Origin: Selaginella moellendorffii
Taxonomy: Eukaryota; Plantae; Lycopodiophyta
Direction of reading: 5' to 3'
NCBI RefSeq assembly: GCF_000143415.4
Contig: NW_003314353.1
Span: 596,371-660,370 of the forward strand
Length of the DNA stretch: 64,000 nucleotides
Part shown: positions 1-12,575 of the stretch, in pieces
Numbering within the stretch: the stretch's first letter is position 1
How the letters are laid out: every line of letters begins with the position of its first letter
Notes under the pieces: model-generated
The model's input: the letters and a program-made list of their open reading frames with translations, nothing else
Databases searched by the model: none
Told to the model about the DNA's origin: nothing
Translations under genes and position numbers: made by a program

Positions 1-910
1 CCATTAGCCTTGGCTTCAACCTCAAGTCAGTTTGGAAGCACTGTTGGAGAGTTCTTTCAAGACTAGTTTCTAGATGTCACTATCCCTACTATACTTTTGG
101 AACCCCTTGTATCCCCCCCCCAGGAGACACGCGCTTTGGGCTTTCACCCAATGACTTGCATTAGTATTCGGACTCGGTCTTGGACTTGATCTCGGTCTCA
201 GACTCAATCTCAGACTTGATCTCGGACCCGACCTTAGACTCTGTCTTGGACTCCATCTCGGATCTTGAACTCAGTCTTGATTTTGGTCTTAGACTCGGTT
301 TCAAACTTGGTCTCTGAGTCAGTCTCAAACTTGATCTCGGACTCGGTCTCGAACTCGGTTTCAAAGTTGGTCTCGGACTCAATCTTGGACTTGGTCTCAT
401 CCGATGAACTCTTTATCATTTTGGTCTTGCTTTCGAGGATCCTTTAGCCTTCAACATCTCAGGGAGTTAGTTCTTTACAACTAACTCCTTAAGGTATCGT
501 AGGCTAAAGGATTTATAAAATCACAACTGGAATGATAAAGAGTTCATCAATATTGAGTCTGAGATCAAGTTTAAACACCAACTCCGAGACCAAATCAAGA
601 CCAAATTTGAGACTAAGTCCGAATCTGAGATTGGGTCCGGATCTAAGACCAAGTCCAAGATCAACTCCAAGACCAAGTCTGAATATTAATACAAATTATG
701 GGGTAAAAGCCCAAAATGATCGTTTCTCAGGAGGGGTGGGGGATTGGTTGTAGAAGGTTCCAAAAATATAATAGAGATAATGAGGTTCAAGACTTAGTCT
801 TGAAAGAACTCTCCAATAGTGCTTTCAACTGAGTTGAGGTTGGGATTGGGGGTTAATGGCCTTGGGTGGGAGTGAGCATGGATTCGAGTGCTGCTAGAGA
901 GGCTACCCAA
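1..910. mobile_element. Foldback (whole-element palindrome) element with ~12-bp GAGACCAAGTCC-like subrepeats; left end lies outside the window
   Basis: Arms are reverse complements (tgttggagagttctttcaagact at ~42-64 vs agtcttgaaagaactctccaata at ~797-819). Symmetry continues to a centre ggagttagtt-ctttac-aactaactcc at ~464-489. A full copy is at 38053-39026. Confidence 0.8.
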
Positions 911-3400
911 GGGCAACTCCCACTCTTGGAAGGAAAATCAATTGTAATATTCCTAACTCATATAGAATGGTGCCCCACTGGGCGCAGACCATATTTGAGC
1001 TCACAAGTTGAGCTTAATTTTCAATTGTAAATTTAGTATAAACATTATAAACTTTAAAATTTTAAGTTTATGGCTAACCTAATAATTTAATAACTCTCTA
1101 TATATTATATAGATAAAAATGTTCTAAAAAACACTTCTTGTTCTAATAATTTAAATATTTACTACATGCAATGATAGGGACATTTGTTAGAATATAAAAT
1201 AAAATATTTGCAAAAAGAGTATTCTTGTCACTTCTTTAAATTTGTACTCTATGCTTTCTGGCTAGTAAATGTCAGGTTTGTCAGAATTAAAAAATTAAGA
1301 TCAGTGAGAGCTCACTACTCTCATAAAGTATAACGAAATGCAAGGTGCAACCTGCCACCAAGCACAACGCTATAGAAGAAAGACACAAGGGTCACCTTTC
1401 TTAGAAAAGCGTAACGGCCACTTTTCTATACCAATTCCAGACTCTATTCAACTCAATTGTGTTAGCCCCAAAAGTCAGCATCCCTTTTGGGTTGCATCAT
1501 ACAAACTGCCTACTAAGGTTTAAGCCAACCAAAGTCAACTTGAGCCCCTTCACTAGTTTGAAGAAAATTTGTGGAAAATTTTCCATCATAGAGAAAGAAT
1601 GACTCTTAGTCTAGGAATATAAACCAACTTCCTCCTACCAACAACTTCATATATGTTCACCTCAACACAAATTCTTATGACCCAATAGCATGCTTAAACA
1701 TCGAACATTTTTGCCCATATAACCGACATCCAACACCAACATCTGCAAAATGCAAAGTGAATATTTAAGGCTTGATCATGAAGACTACATCTTTGGATAT
1801 CCATATTGCACTAACACTTTTCTTCACCTTCAAGATCCAATGTTAAGCCAAAATACTAACAAGAAAAATGACATGAAAAATCAAGTTCTAAGGAAAAATT
1901 CTTCATCACTCAAAATAATAATGCCACTTCCACTAACACAAGTGCTAGAAATGTCAATGCCTCAACTACACACCTTCTACATCCAACAATCTACTCCAAG
2001 TGCTAATGGATCAACTGACAAGCTATAGCAAGTGAATGTTATAACCCTTTCCAACACCTTATAGGCAAATTCCCCAAGAAATAGGGTACCAATATAAACT
2101 TAGCATAATGAACCACCATTGAGAATCCAATTAAAGTTACTACAATACTACTTCGTATAAGTAGACTAACTTCACTATCAACCACTTTGGGGTTGATTAT
2201 CATTTAACCAAGCAACTTCGTCAACACATTGTTCATTATCATATGGATATGATATAAAATCACAATGACTTGATTATCAATTGAGCAACACTACGAGTAA
2301 CACCCATGTTATTATTTCAAAGGTTTATGTGAGCATCAAGTGCTAATTCGATTCGACAAAATGTAACACAAATGCGACACTCTACCGATAGAAACTTACA
2401 ACACTCAACACCAGTAACTTTTGTTCACAACACAAACAAGCTCATGCCACTTTTTTTCTGACCAAACTCAAAACTAATTTAACACCAAACTACTCAAGGA
2501 ACAATAACAAAGTTCCTAGAAAAGAATTGAGCATTGTAACTCCAGTTTTCTAATAGCAAGTTTAGATAAAATGGTTTAGCGCTTCACCGTTATCCATCCC
2601 AAGACTCACTATTTGTAAGACCACCATAACCAACATGCATCAAGGTAGGGATTCTTGATTGCGTAATATGAACACGAGCAATGAGCTAACACCTCATTGC
2701 AAATCATCTCTCCAAGAGAAAATGATTTACGTGTTTGATTTTTTATCCCTAACAACTCTTTTTTCAATCTTATCTTTGACTAAACCTCAAGTTTGCATTC
2801 GCACTGTCTTCAGTCCAATCTAAGAAAAATTTATGAAAGAGCACAGCAATAATTATTTAAATCAATAGACTAATCCCTACGTAACGCACTTTATCTCTCT
2901 CCCTTTAAGCCAACTGAAAAAAGGACAATTACTTGATAAGAAAGCCCTTAGTGGCTATTTTATCCCTATTTATCCCCCAAAGTTTCAAGGATCCACAATG
3001 ACAGTATATCCAAATTTCATCCCATGATCACATGCACTACACTCACCCCCCCTTAAAAAATGTCAATGTCTTCATTGACTATTGACTAACAACCCCTACT
3101 GAGCTAAGGGGAACCAGCACCTCCATTTCCGCACTCAATTTACCAATCCTTCTATTGTGTAGATTAGCTGATGCAACTAATCATCCACCTGTATCGCAGT
3201 CCCATGGTGGATACCTTTATTCGTGGATGCTCCACCAAGAGGAAAGACGTACGCATGGATGCCCAATACGTACGATTTTAAATTTTAGGGATAGGAATAT
3301 ACTTTGTTCAAGGTATATTATATTTTTAAGTAGACACTAATCAATGGGAATCAAACCTGTGCCATTTTCTCTGATACCACATGTAGCGCACTCTATCTCT
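1..3400 (+). repeat. Segmental duplication, copy A (copy B at ~38110-41510)
   Basis: Colinear similarity across the foldback, the AT-rich decayed TE-like sequence and the TRIM. Differences are mostly transitions. Confidence 0.9.
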
Positions 3401-3542
3401 CTTCCCTTAAGCTAACTAGAAAAGGGGCAATTGTTTGATGAGAGAGCCCTTAATGGCTATTTTATCCCTATTTATCCCCCAAGGTTTTAAGGATCCACGG
3501 TGATAGTATATTTAAATCTCATCCATGATCACATGCGTTACA
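2880..3542 (-). mobile_element. TRIM (terminal-repeat retrotransposon in miniature)
   Basis: ~160-bp direct repeats at 2880-3041 and 3382-3542. tRNA-iMet PBS TGGTATCAGAG on the minus strand (3369-3379). PPT on the minus strand (plus-strand ctcacccccccttaa from 3042). The ~340-bp internal region is non-coding. Confidence 0.85.
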
Positions 3543-4490
3543 CTATGTCATAATTTCTTGATTGTCTTCAATTTCAGGTTGTTACTGTTAATATGCCTTC
3601 AAGATTTGTGCTTTTTCATAGTCATTAAGACCTTCATTTGTATTGTTCAATGATGGTTGATTGAAATTTCTTTGCGATCTTCTTTGCTATAGTTGTGGGG
3701 ATTTAAGGGGGTTCTTAATGTTCTGCAAAGGTAATTGTGTTCTTCCGCTAGTATGTAACAACATCAGTTGTTTTAAGCCAAGTTTGCTTGAGGAGTACTT
3801 TATAAGAACTTTAGTCTTTTGCCATTTTGAGCATGATAAAAGTTACCTAAAATTCTTGATCTTTAATCTTGATAGGAGTATTGCATATGATTCTTGATGG
3901 TTGTACACTTCAATTGTTAATCATCTTGATGTTGAAGGTTGTAGGGTGGATTAGCCCAAGTCTTATTGCTTTGCAAGTTAAATACTCGATGATGTTAACA
4001 CTTGTGCTGCCGTTGATGATTCCTTATGGAGCTTTGTTCTTTCCTATTGTGATTAGGATGCATGGTACATCTTCATTGAAGTTGCTAGGTTGAATGGCGG
4101 TATTGTGGGATGAATGATAAGGCGAGAGAGAAGGCTCTAAAGATAGAATTTCTAGAAAGGAAGAAGTCATCGTCGAGGGTGGCAGCACTGAAACAAGTTA
4201 GGGGTGAGAAGTGGAATTGCTAGCTCAATTCCACGAAATCATGCGTTCTCTTTTTTTTTCATTTGTTCTTCTTTCGTCTCAAAGAGATGGACTAATGCCA
4301 GTTATGGTTTTTCCCTTTTCTTGACAACTGTGTGAAAGGCTCGTGGAGCCAGGATCCAATTCCTTGAGATGCATTCAGCCTTGATACAGGCACTGGGAGA
4401 AACCAACTGGATCTTGCATTACTGGTTTGATTCAAAGTCTTTCTTGTGCTAGACACGACTTACAGGTTCTCGATGGGAGCGTGCAGACTT

Positions 4491-7209
4491 TTATATAGTA
4501 GCTTTAAGAACCCAGACCGAATCAATCAACCACTCTTTCAGATACAAAGACACGTTATTGCCACCAATCACTCCACATAATGGCTGTATGGCCCCCTCAA
4601 CATTTTGCCGTTTCAGTGGGGAAAACCGCCCACCACTAGGGAGTTGACCTGCAAAATAGTTGAAACCAAACTGTTCCAGATCCTTCACCGTATGAGGCAA
4701 AACTGCCAGTCGCAGTAGTCCATTTTTTGAAGCAAGATCTCTAAGTCTGTTCAAACCTCCATCTTTTTTCTTTCTGCAATTCATCAAATCCAAACTGTCC
4801 AAAGCACTTGAAATTTCACCTTGAGTAGCCACATCATCCCCGGATTTCATCTGTAATAAGCAAGGAATGAGCCGCCGCTCCGATTCGTAGTCATTGGTGA
4901 GAAAAAGCAACGCATCTGGACGAAAGGCACCCCAGCCACCATCACCAGTCCAGAGAACCGTTGGAAATGCGTCAGCCTGCCCTTCAACGTCGTTGAGATA
5001 CTTCTCAAGTGTATAACAGTCGGTGCCATGGGTGTGACTTTTACCGCACATCTCAGTCACAACTCCTGTTGCAACGCGTGCTTTCACCACCTTTGCCTTC
5101 TCAAAATATATCGCAGGAACTTCAAAATTGTTGTTGCGCAGTTCCACAGAGCGATTCTGAAGAAAGTGAGACACAAAGTCTACAGGAGCCTTTCCGTCCA
5201 ATGCGTCAGCCACCATAAGACCTGCCTGCCTTTCAAACTCAAGACCCACTGTCACATCGCTGCCTTGGCCCTTGGCTTTAAACTGCTGCTGACAAAACTC
5301 ATCAAAGACTGTTGGCCGACTACGAAAGTAATGGAAAAGAGCTCGGACGACAGCAGGTTCCTGAAGTTTGATCCAAGTGTCTCTGTCCTGCTTTGCAAAG
5401 AACTTATCCAAGTCGTCCAATGCAACACTGTTTCCCCTGTTTAGCCAAGCTAACCCGAACTCCACAAGGCTCAGAGATGGATTGTTGATGTTGAGTGCAG
5501 TGGATATAGACCCAAACACCTGGTGATACAGTATCACCTTTAGCTCCTTGACCGCTGCAGCATTCCGAGTCCTTTCAAAAAACTGCTCCACATCCGTCAG
5601 AACCGTCTTATCCATGTAGACTTCCAATTCTGATTTGTTCGGTACACCCTCACCCGCCAGAGAACAACTGATCTTACTCGAGGTGCATATCTTCTCAAAA
5701 AAGTCAATCAGGAATTCTGTTGCCTGCTCCAAGGGACGCTTGCTCCCAATGAAATGCTCAAGTGCTGTGACAAAGAACCTGTACCTCCCTTTGTACAAAT
5801 CACAGACCCTCTGCATATCAATACCATCCACACTTCGGAGTAGTTTCCCAGCATAGAGCTTGAAGTCCTCAACAGTGGTGAATCCACCAAATCCATGAAA
5901 GACCATAACAGAAGCTCTTCTCTTCAAAGTGGCAGAGATACCCCGTGCCACGGCTAGCATACTACCACCTGTGCCTGCATAGTAGAATTGTCGAAATCCA
6001 CAATCTATGAGTGCCGGCACAAGAATGTCGAGAAATGATCTGCTGCTACAACCAAGAGTCGATGGTGAAAAGCGCTTCTCCAACCAGCAATTTATTATTT
6101 GACACTCGTCAAATATAATCGGACCATCCCAATTCCCTTTTAGACGATCCAGTACCCCCTGGAACTGACCTTCAATGCGTTCCAAGTCTTTCTCAGTCCG
6201 TATCAAGTTTAAAAGTCTAATGGTGAGCGCCTTGAACGGATCTTTGAAGTTGTAGAAATGCTGGAGCAAAGGGATTGCAACCTGCTTGAAGAGCCATGCC
6301 TGACCCGTCAGATAGCCCATTTTCTCCACCTGCCCCAGCAAATAAAACCTGCTGATGAGCAAAGCTTTGAGGCAGATTGCAGCACTAACTTCTGGAATGT
6401 CTCCAGTTGGATACAGCTCCAGCAACTTTGATGCCACTAACTTGAGATCTCCTGAACCTTCAGCTCCAATACCAGTCTCACAGACCCCCACAAAGAAGAG
6501 CCCACGCTGCGCTACAGCGATCTCATATAATGTCCTGGTCTTCCCCGATCCCGACACGTTGAAGAGAACGGTGAGGGTCGGCTGCGCTTTGTCAGTTACC
6601 TCTATGATACGCTTGGATGCTTCGAAAGGTTGGTTTAGAGCAAACCACAAGAGGCAGGGGCATTCATCTGTAGGATCTTTTGGCAGTGGGACTTTACACG
6701 TTGGGAAATCCGCCAGAAACGCATCCGCCTTGGGATATTGAAGATTTGGCTTGCGCAACTCATGCCAAAACCTATCCAAGAGACTATCTATATTTGCCAC
6801 AGTCAAAACCGATTTGACTGGTTCTGCAAGAAAAAACAACGCAAGTCAAAAGGGACCAAGAGATCTAAAAGGGAAAGACAAACAATGAGATCAACAAAGG
6901 CTTACCCTTGGACTTATCCCGCAGCTGCTTCTCCTCCTCGCGCAGCTGCTCCTTCTCGTTGCGCAGCTGCTTCTCCTTCTCGCGCAGCTGCTTCTCCTTC
7001 TCGCGCAGCTGCTCCTCCTTCTTGACCAGCCGTTCCTCCTTCATGGGATCATTTGGCTGCTCCAGTTGCCCCTCAACCGCACTAATTTGGCCCTCAACCG
7101 CTGTAATTTGGCCCTCAACTACAGCAATCTGCCGTTCAACTTCCCGGATTTCCCTTGACAAGCCAGAAACCGGATCATCCACCTCCATGGGCTCCGCTGA
7201 AGACGCCAT
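4491..7209 (-). CDS. Crinkler/RHS-type (CR) effector-like protein, copy 1: heptad coiled-coil header + P-loop NTPase + C-terminal PD-(D/E)xK-like nuclease. Exons 7209-6906 and 6823-4491.
   Basis: An 82-nt GT..AG phase-1 intron (6905-6824) joins ...DKSK to EPVKSV... in frame. Walker A NVSGSGKTR, Walker B IIFDECQ, YYAGTG and GRYRF motifs. C-terminal FE...RPDALLF...LQMKSG. No internal stops. Confidence 0.8.
6919..7131 (-). repeat. In-frame 21-bp tandem repeats encoding heptads (I-x-x-VEGQ x3 and E/K-rich xxxxQLR x5)
   Basis: Repeated tttggccctcaacc units and cgcagctgcttctccttctcg units in exon 1 of the CR-like gene. Confidence 0.85.
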
Positions 7210-7768
7210 AAGCCAAGAAACACCTGCGAAACCCTAGCCGCCACCGAAACCCTTTCTTATGGAACGCAAGGGCTATCTATACATCGAAGAGCCCAGCCTC
7301 TCGCAGCCGTCCGATCCCAGTCGGTTTTCATAAAAAATTGAGCCTCCCGTCAAACACCATCTGTGAGGGCCAAATGTACAGCTACGATGCCGTATACTAA
7401 TATTAGCATAGTGGATTTTGGTAGCCGTCTGATTCGTTTCAATCCGGACCATTTGCTCCTGTATATAAGCTAGGGTTTTTGGGTTAATTGATATGCACAT
7501 TTCTGTATTCCCTTTCCATATTCCATGCACTCACATTGGTGGAGGTGAGGGGCACCTTTGATTGTCCCTGGGGAGTGCTTGGATTTGGGATTTCGGTTTA
7601 AATCTAGCTTTTGCATTGTCTAGATCTAGCTTTTTCCATTTCCTTTCTTTTGTTCTTTCCTTTCAGGATTTTGGTTTAGATCTAACTTTTTGCATTGTCT
7701 AGATCTACCATTTCTTTCCAGCTTTTTGTCATTTCTCTTCTTTTGCTTTTTCTTTTTCATTCATCTTC

Positions 7769-8701
7769 ATGGCTGATCCGCAATCTCCTCCTTTGACTCT
7801 AGAGCAGCAGTTGGTTCAATTGCTTGATGCTATGCACTTGCAATTGAACAATCAAACTCAGTTGATGGCAGCGTTCACGGCACATGGTACAACTCCTCCT
7901 GCTTTTGGTGCTAATCCTCGCGTTCGACCGGAGTTCTTTCGTGGGAATCCTGGGGATGATGTGTACCATTGGTTCGATCACTTCACGGTGATTGCCACAT
8001 ATCATTCTTGGGATGATGCTCGACGTTTGTGTGAGTTCCCCACATGTCTCCAAGGGATGGCATTGCAATGGTACAATGGATTGAGCGCAGCTACTTATGG
8101 CGATTGGAGTGTTCTTCCGGACGACTTCAAACGCGCTTTTGGACACGCCGACAATTGTGATGATGCCTTCCAACAATTGCATCGTCTTCGCCAAGGGTCA
8201 TCTGAGTTGGTGATGCAATTTGGCGTTCGTTTCCGAAGTCTTTTGCTTCGTGCGGAGCCAAATATGTCGGAGCGGATCAAGCTAGGAATGCTGTGGCCAG
8301 CACTTCGTCAAGATCTTGTTGGACTTGTGCATGCACTTGCTCCTGCCACTCTTGACGATGCTTTTCGCTTGGCACAACGTTATGAGACGTCGCCTCTTCC
8401 ACTTCTTGCTACACGTCCTTCAGCTCCACTTCCTATGAGTGATGGTCCTATTCCCATGGAGGTTGATGCTGCTGCTACTCGAGTCCAAGGACAAGGGCGA
8501 GGACGTGGTTGTGGCCGTGACGTTCGTTGCTGGGCGTGTGATGAAGTTGGTCATACTTATCGGCGTTGTCGGCGCTTTCCGGATTGGCGACCTCCATTTC
8601 CTGGGTGGAGACCTTGGCGTCAGCAACGTCCCGTTGGTGCTGCTGCGGTGGAAGGTTTGGATCCTGAGGTGCATTCGGGAAACGAGGAGTCGCGCGAGTA
8701 A
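7769..8701 (+). CDS. gag: Retrotransposon Gag with CCHC zinc knuckle
   Basis: Intact 310-aa ORF with a capsid-like region (F.G.P.DD...W, L.G.A..WY) and the knuckle CWACDEVGHTYRRC. Confidence 0.9.
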   Translation: MADPQSPPLTLEQQLVQLLDAMHLQLNNQTQLMAAFTAHGTTPPAFGANPRVRPEFFRGNPGDDVYHWFDHFTVIATYHSWDDARRLCEFPTCLQGMALQWYNGLSAATYGDWSVLPDDFKRAFGHADNCDDAFQQLHRLRQGSSELVMQFGVRFRSLLLRAEPNMSERIKLGMLWPALRQDLVGLVHALAPATLDDAFRLAQRYETSPLPLLATRPSAPLPMSDGPIPMEVDAAATRVQGQGRGRGCGRDVRCWACDEVGHTYRRCRRFPDWRPPFPGWRPWRQQRPVGAAAVEGLDPEVHSGNEESRE

Positions 8702-8740
8702 TGGAGGGACCTTGCGCGAATAAGTTAGTGACCCCTCCAT
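8677..8740 (+). promoter_or_regulatory. Putative -1 programmed ribosomal frameshift signal (slippery heptamer + H-type pseudoknot)
   Basis: G GGA AAC in gag phase, then a 6-nt spacer. Stem1 tcgcgcgag/cttgcgcga; stem2 atggaggg/ccctccat. The -1 frame is the pol frame. Confidence 0.75.
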
Positions 8741-11700
8741 CTTTCTTTCGGGAGTATCATCAAGGGGTTCACTCGGCACCGGTTCATCCAGTGTTTACTT
8801 TCCAAGCTCATTTTTATAACAAGAGGTCTCATATTCTTCTCTCCATGTTGGTTGATACAGGTTCGAGTTTATCTTCTATTGCTCGACCTGTTGCCACACG
8901 TTGTTGTCTACACTTGCGTCGTGCGGCGGATCCAGTTTTCATTCTTTACGGCAACGGCCGTACACATGCATGTGCACGAGATGAGGCGGACCTGGTTGTT
9001 CGTGTGGGCGATCTCGAGCTTGAGTTGCAGTCATTGCGGGTGGTGCCGAGTCAAGCTTTTGACCTCATTCTTGGTATGGATTGGTTGCAGCACAATCATG
9101 CCAAGTGTGACTTTGAGGCTTCTCCCCCTTGTCTCATACTTCCTTATGTTTCATCTATTCCTCTCACTTCCGTACCTCTTCGTCCCTCTACTTCTACCTC
9201 TGCTTCCATTACTTTTGTTCCCCCCCTATTTCCTCTTGTGTTTCCATCTTGTTCTGCTCTTCCTTTTTCCGATCCCTCCGATGATCTTTGTGTTGCAGCT
9301 GTTGACTAGCTCATGAAGGAGTATTCTGATCTCTTTGAATTTGACCTATCGTCTGGGGCCAAGATTGCCACACGTCATCCCATTCCAACCGGGGATGCTC
9401 GTCCAATCAAGGTTCCTGTTCGTCGTCGGTCACCCAAGGAGATCAAGATTTTACGTGCAAACGTCAAGGAGATGTTGGAAAAGGGTGTTATTCGGAAGTC
9501 ACGGAGTCCTTGGGCATGTGAACCTCATCTTGTGACGAAGCCTGATGGGAGTATTCGTTTCTGCATCGACTATCGTCCGTTAAATGAAGTGACGATCCCA
9601 GACGTGTACCCTCTTCCTCACACTGCTGATCTCTTGGATCGTCTGGGGCGAAGTTGTTGGTTCACCAAGCTAGATCTTGCTTCTGGGTATTGGCAAGTAC
9701 TGATGGCCGAAGAAGATATTCCTAAGACTGCTTTTTGTACACCATTTGGTTTGTACGAGTTTTTGGTGATGCCGTTTGGTTTGAACAATGTTCCAGCAAC
9801 TTTTCAGCGGATGATGGACGAGGTTCTTTGCGATATGCCGGAGGTGACGGCTGACTTCATTGATGATGTCTTGATCCACTCGGAAGGGACGTGGGAGGAG
9901 CATGTTCGTGATGTTTGTAAAGTGTTGGATTGGCTATGCGACGTTGGTTTAAAGCTGAAGCGGTCAAAGTGCGTGTTTGGGTCCAAGGACACAACTTATC
10001 TTGGGTACCGTATTTCTCGTGAGGGTTTGTAAGTTGATCCTAACAAACTTGTGGCTGTTCTAAAGTTCCCTACTCCAAAGTGTGTGAATGATGTGCAGCG
10101 CTTTTTGGGTAAGGTGCAGTATCTTGGTCGTTTTGTGGATCATCTTTCCGATCGCACTACACCATTGCGAGCGTTGCTGAAGCCATCAACGTCATCTTTC
10201 ATCTGGTCTCCCAATTATGAGCGGGTGTTCGTGAATCTCAAAGAGCTATTGACGACTCCTCCGGTTTTGGCATATCCTGACTACACTCGACCTTTTATTT
10301 TGCGCGTGGATGCTTCTGACATTGGTCTTGGAGGTGTGTTGATGCAAGAGAGCTCGAGTGTGCCTGGTCAGCACCATCCCATTGCATACATAAGCCGTAC
10401 ATTACAACCAGCGGAGATGAACTACTCCACGACGGAGAAGGAGTGTTTAGCAGTAGTCTGGGGTTTCGAGAAACTTCATGCATATCTACATGGTTCTCGG
10501 ACGTTACTTGAAGGTGACCATGCTGCTGTTACTTCATTATTGAAGCGGAAAAACCTAATTGGTCGTACGGCTCGATGGGCTTTGAAGCTTTAGATATATA
10601 ATTTCGATGTTATTCATCGCCCAGGGAGTTCTATGGCTGATGCTGATGCCCTTTCTCGAGCTCCTCTTCCTTCTCCACTCACTTCTCATGTTTCTGACGA
10701 ACCTGTTGTTCCAGCATCTGTGGATTTTCTAGATGAGGATTCTGTGCCGTCGGCGGTTGCTGTCCTTGACGTTCAGTGTCCACAGGGCGTAGAGCAAGAT
10801 CTACCTTCTCTTGATGAGGTTTGCGAGGCTCAAAAGATTGAGCTGTGGATTCGAAGGCTTCGAGATGGGTTTGAGAATCCTGCATCACTTGCTGATGACT
10901 TGCCTTTTCGGCATTTACATTCTCAATATCGCCTTGAAGATGGCCTTCTTTATTTTGTGGGGACGGATCCTGCTGATCATTTACGGCTGGTGGTGCCTTC
11001 GGTGTTTATTCCGCGGTTTCTCCATGCCTACCATGATTCTCCTATTCTAGGTGGGCATATGGGACACCGTCGTGTCACCGAGAAGCTGCGCAGATCTTTC
11101 TATTGGCCAGAGATGCGACGTGATATTATCCGGTATGTGCGTAGCTGCGTTTGGTGCCAAGCTCGTAATACTCCCCCTTGTGCTGAGGAAGGACGGTTGG
11201 AGTCAATTGCAGTTTCTCGTCCGTTTGAGTTGGTGGCGTTTGATCTTATGGGACCTTTTCCGCGATCGACTGCTGGCAATGAGTATGTTATTATTGCTTC
11301 TGACTACTTGACTCGTTGGGTGGAAGTTGGTGCTCTTGCTAGTGCCTCTGCAACTGCTGTTGGATACTTCCTCCTCAATCAAGTGGTGTTCCAGCATTCT
11401 TGTCCAAAGCGGATTCTTTCAGATAATGGTCCTGCATTTATGGCTGAGGTATTTCATGTTTTGACATCTCGGTTGGGGATACGCCACACTTTTACGAGTG
11501 CTTATCATCCACAATCAGACGGTCTGGTGGAACGGCTCGTTCGGACATTCAAAGGGATGATTGTGAAGTATGTGAACTTTCAACATTCGGATTGGGATGG
11601 TTATTTGCCGTCTCTTCGGTATGCCTATGTCACAGGGGTGCAGAGTTCTATTGGTGGTTCACCATATAAACTTCTATATGGTCATGATCCAATATTACCA

Positions 11701-12126
11701 GTAGAGCTGGGTTTACCTTTGCGATTGCCACGAGCTCCTGATGCTAAGTCATGGGATCAATATTTGACAAGCATTCTTCCACTTGTCCAAGCAGAGTCTG
11801 CTGAACACTTAGGCCGCGTACAAGTGGGACAACAACGGCGCTACAATTCCCATCATCGTCCACCTGCGGAGTACAAAGTGGATGATTTGGTGTTAGTCCG
11901 TTTTCCCCATCTTACGGTACGTGGTTTATCTAAGGGGCTCCTTGCGCAGTGGAAAGGACCGTATCAGGTGTTGCGGCAAGTTGGACCACAAGTTTATGAG
12001 GTTCGGCATGACGTTCAGCAGGCCGATCCTCCGGAGATTGTGCATGTGCAGCGGTTAAAACGCTTCATACAAAGGGATCATGAGCAAATTAATACCGTCT
12101 ACAGATCCACCGATGCCTCCTCCTGA
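8701..12126 (+). pseudogene. pol: pol (PR-RT-RNaseH-IN) in one frame with three premature stops
   Basis: PR LVDTGSS; RT RFCIDYR, LDLASGYWQ, MPFGL, FIDD; RH VDAS; IN GH.G...C..CQ, SDNG, GLVER, GPY. Stops at 9307, 10030 and 10591. Confidence 0.92.
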
Positions 12127-12575
12127 CGTTCCTCTAGATCCCGGCCCATCTACAAGAGAACCCTGACGGCCTTCCATTATTCCGAGAGGAGGGGATGATG
12201 TGAGGGCCAAGTGTACGGCTACGATGTCGTATACTAATATTAGCGTAGTGGATTTTGGTAGCCGTCGGATTGGTTTCAATCCAGACCACTCGCTCCTGTA
12301 TATAAGCTAGGGTTTTTGGGCTAATTGATATGCACATTTCTGTATTCCCTTTCCATATTCCATGCACTCACACATCCTGTTATAGTCTCTCTCCACCTAG
12401 TTGATGTGGCATGATTACATGGCACTTCTCTCTTTCCACTCCCATCTAACTCTCTCTCTCTCTAGTGCTGCCACACACTTTAACGTGGACCAAAGTCTCT
12501 TTCAGATGACAGAGAAGGGAGAAAAAAGGGTTTTTTTTCCTTTGCATCCAATGCCAACCAGCATGTAAGAATCTC

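Larger units (their letters stand above)
7362..12372 (+). mobile_element. Structurally complete Ty3/Gypsy LTR retrotransposon (no chromodomain seen), 174-bp LTRs
   Basis: LTRs at 7362-7535 and 12199-12372 (TG..CA, ~10 mismatches). 4-bp TSD CATC. PBS TGGTGGAGGTGAGGGG (tRNA-Ala-like). PPT GAGAGGAGGGGATGA. Domain order gag-PR-RT-RH-IN. Confidence 0.95.

Noticed and set aside
161-753. Ser/Arg/Pro- or Glu/Ser/Thr-rich ORFs (also at 38275-38861)
   Set aside because: By-products of the 6/12-bp subrepeats in the foldback arms.
1000-2879. Coding gene in the duplicated AT-rich stretch
   Set aside because: Only short ORFs with no motif I could recognise; likely decayed TE.
2880-3542. Cassandra-type TRIM with 5S rRNA in the LTRs
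   Set aside because: No recognisable 5S sequence in the LTRs.
4491-6839. NB-ARC/NLR resistance gene
   Set aside because: No GLPL or MHD motifs and no LRRs; the Walker B and C-terminus differ.
9307-10593. Readthrough or U-to-C RNA editing restoring pol
   Set aside because: This is a nuclear element; the stops are not consistently shared with the other copy and fit simple deamination.
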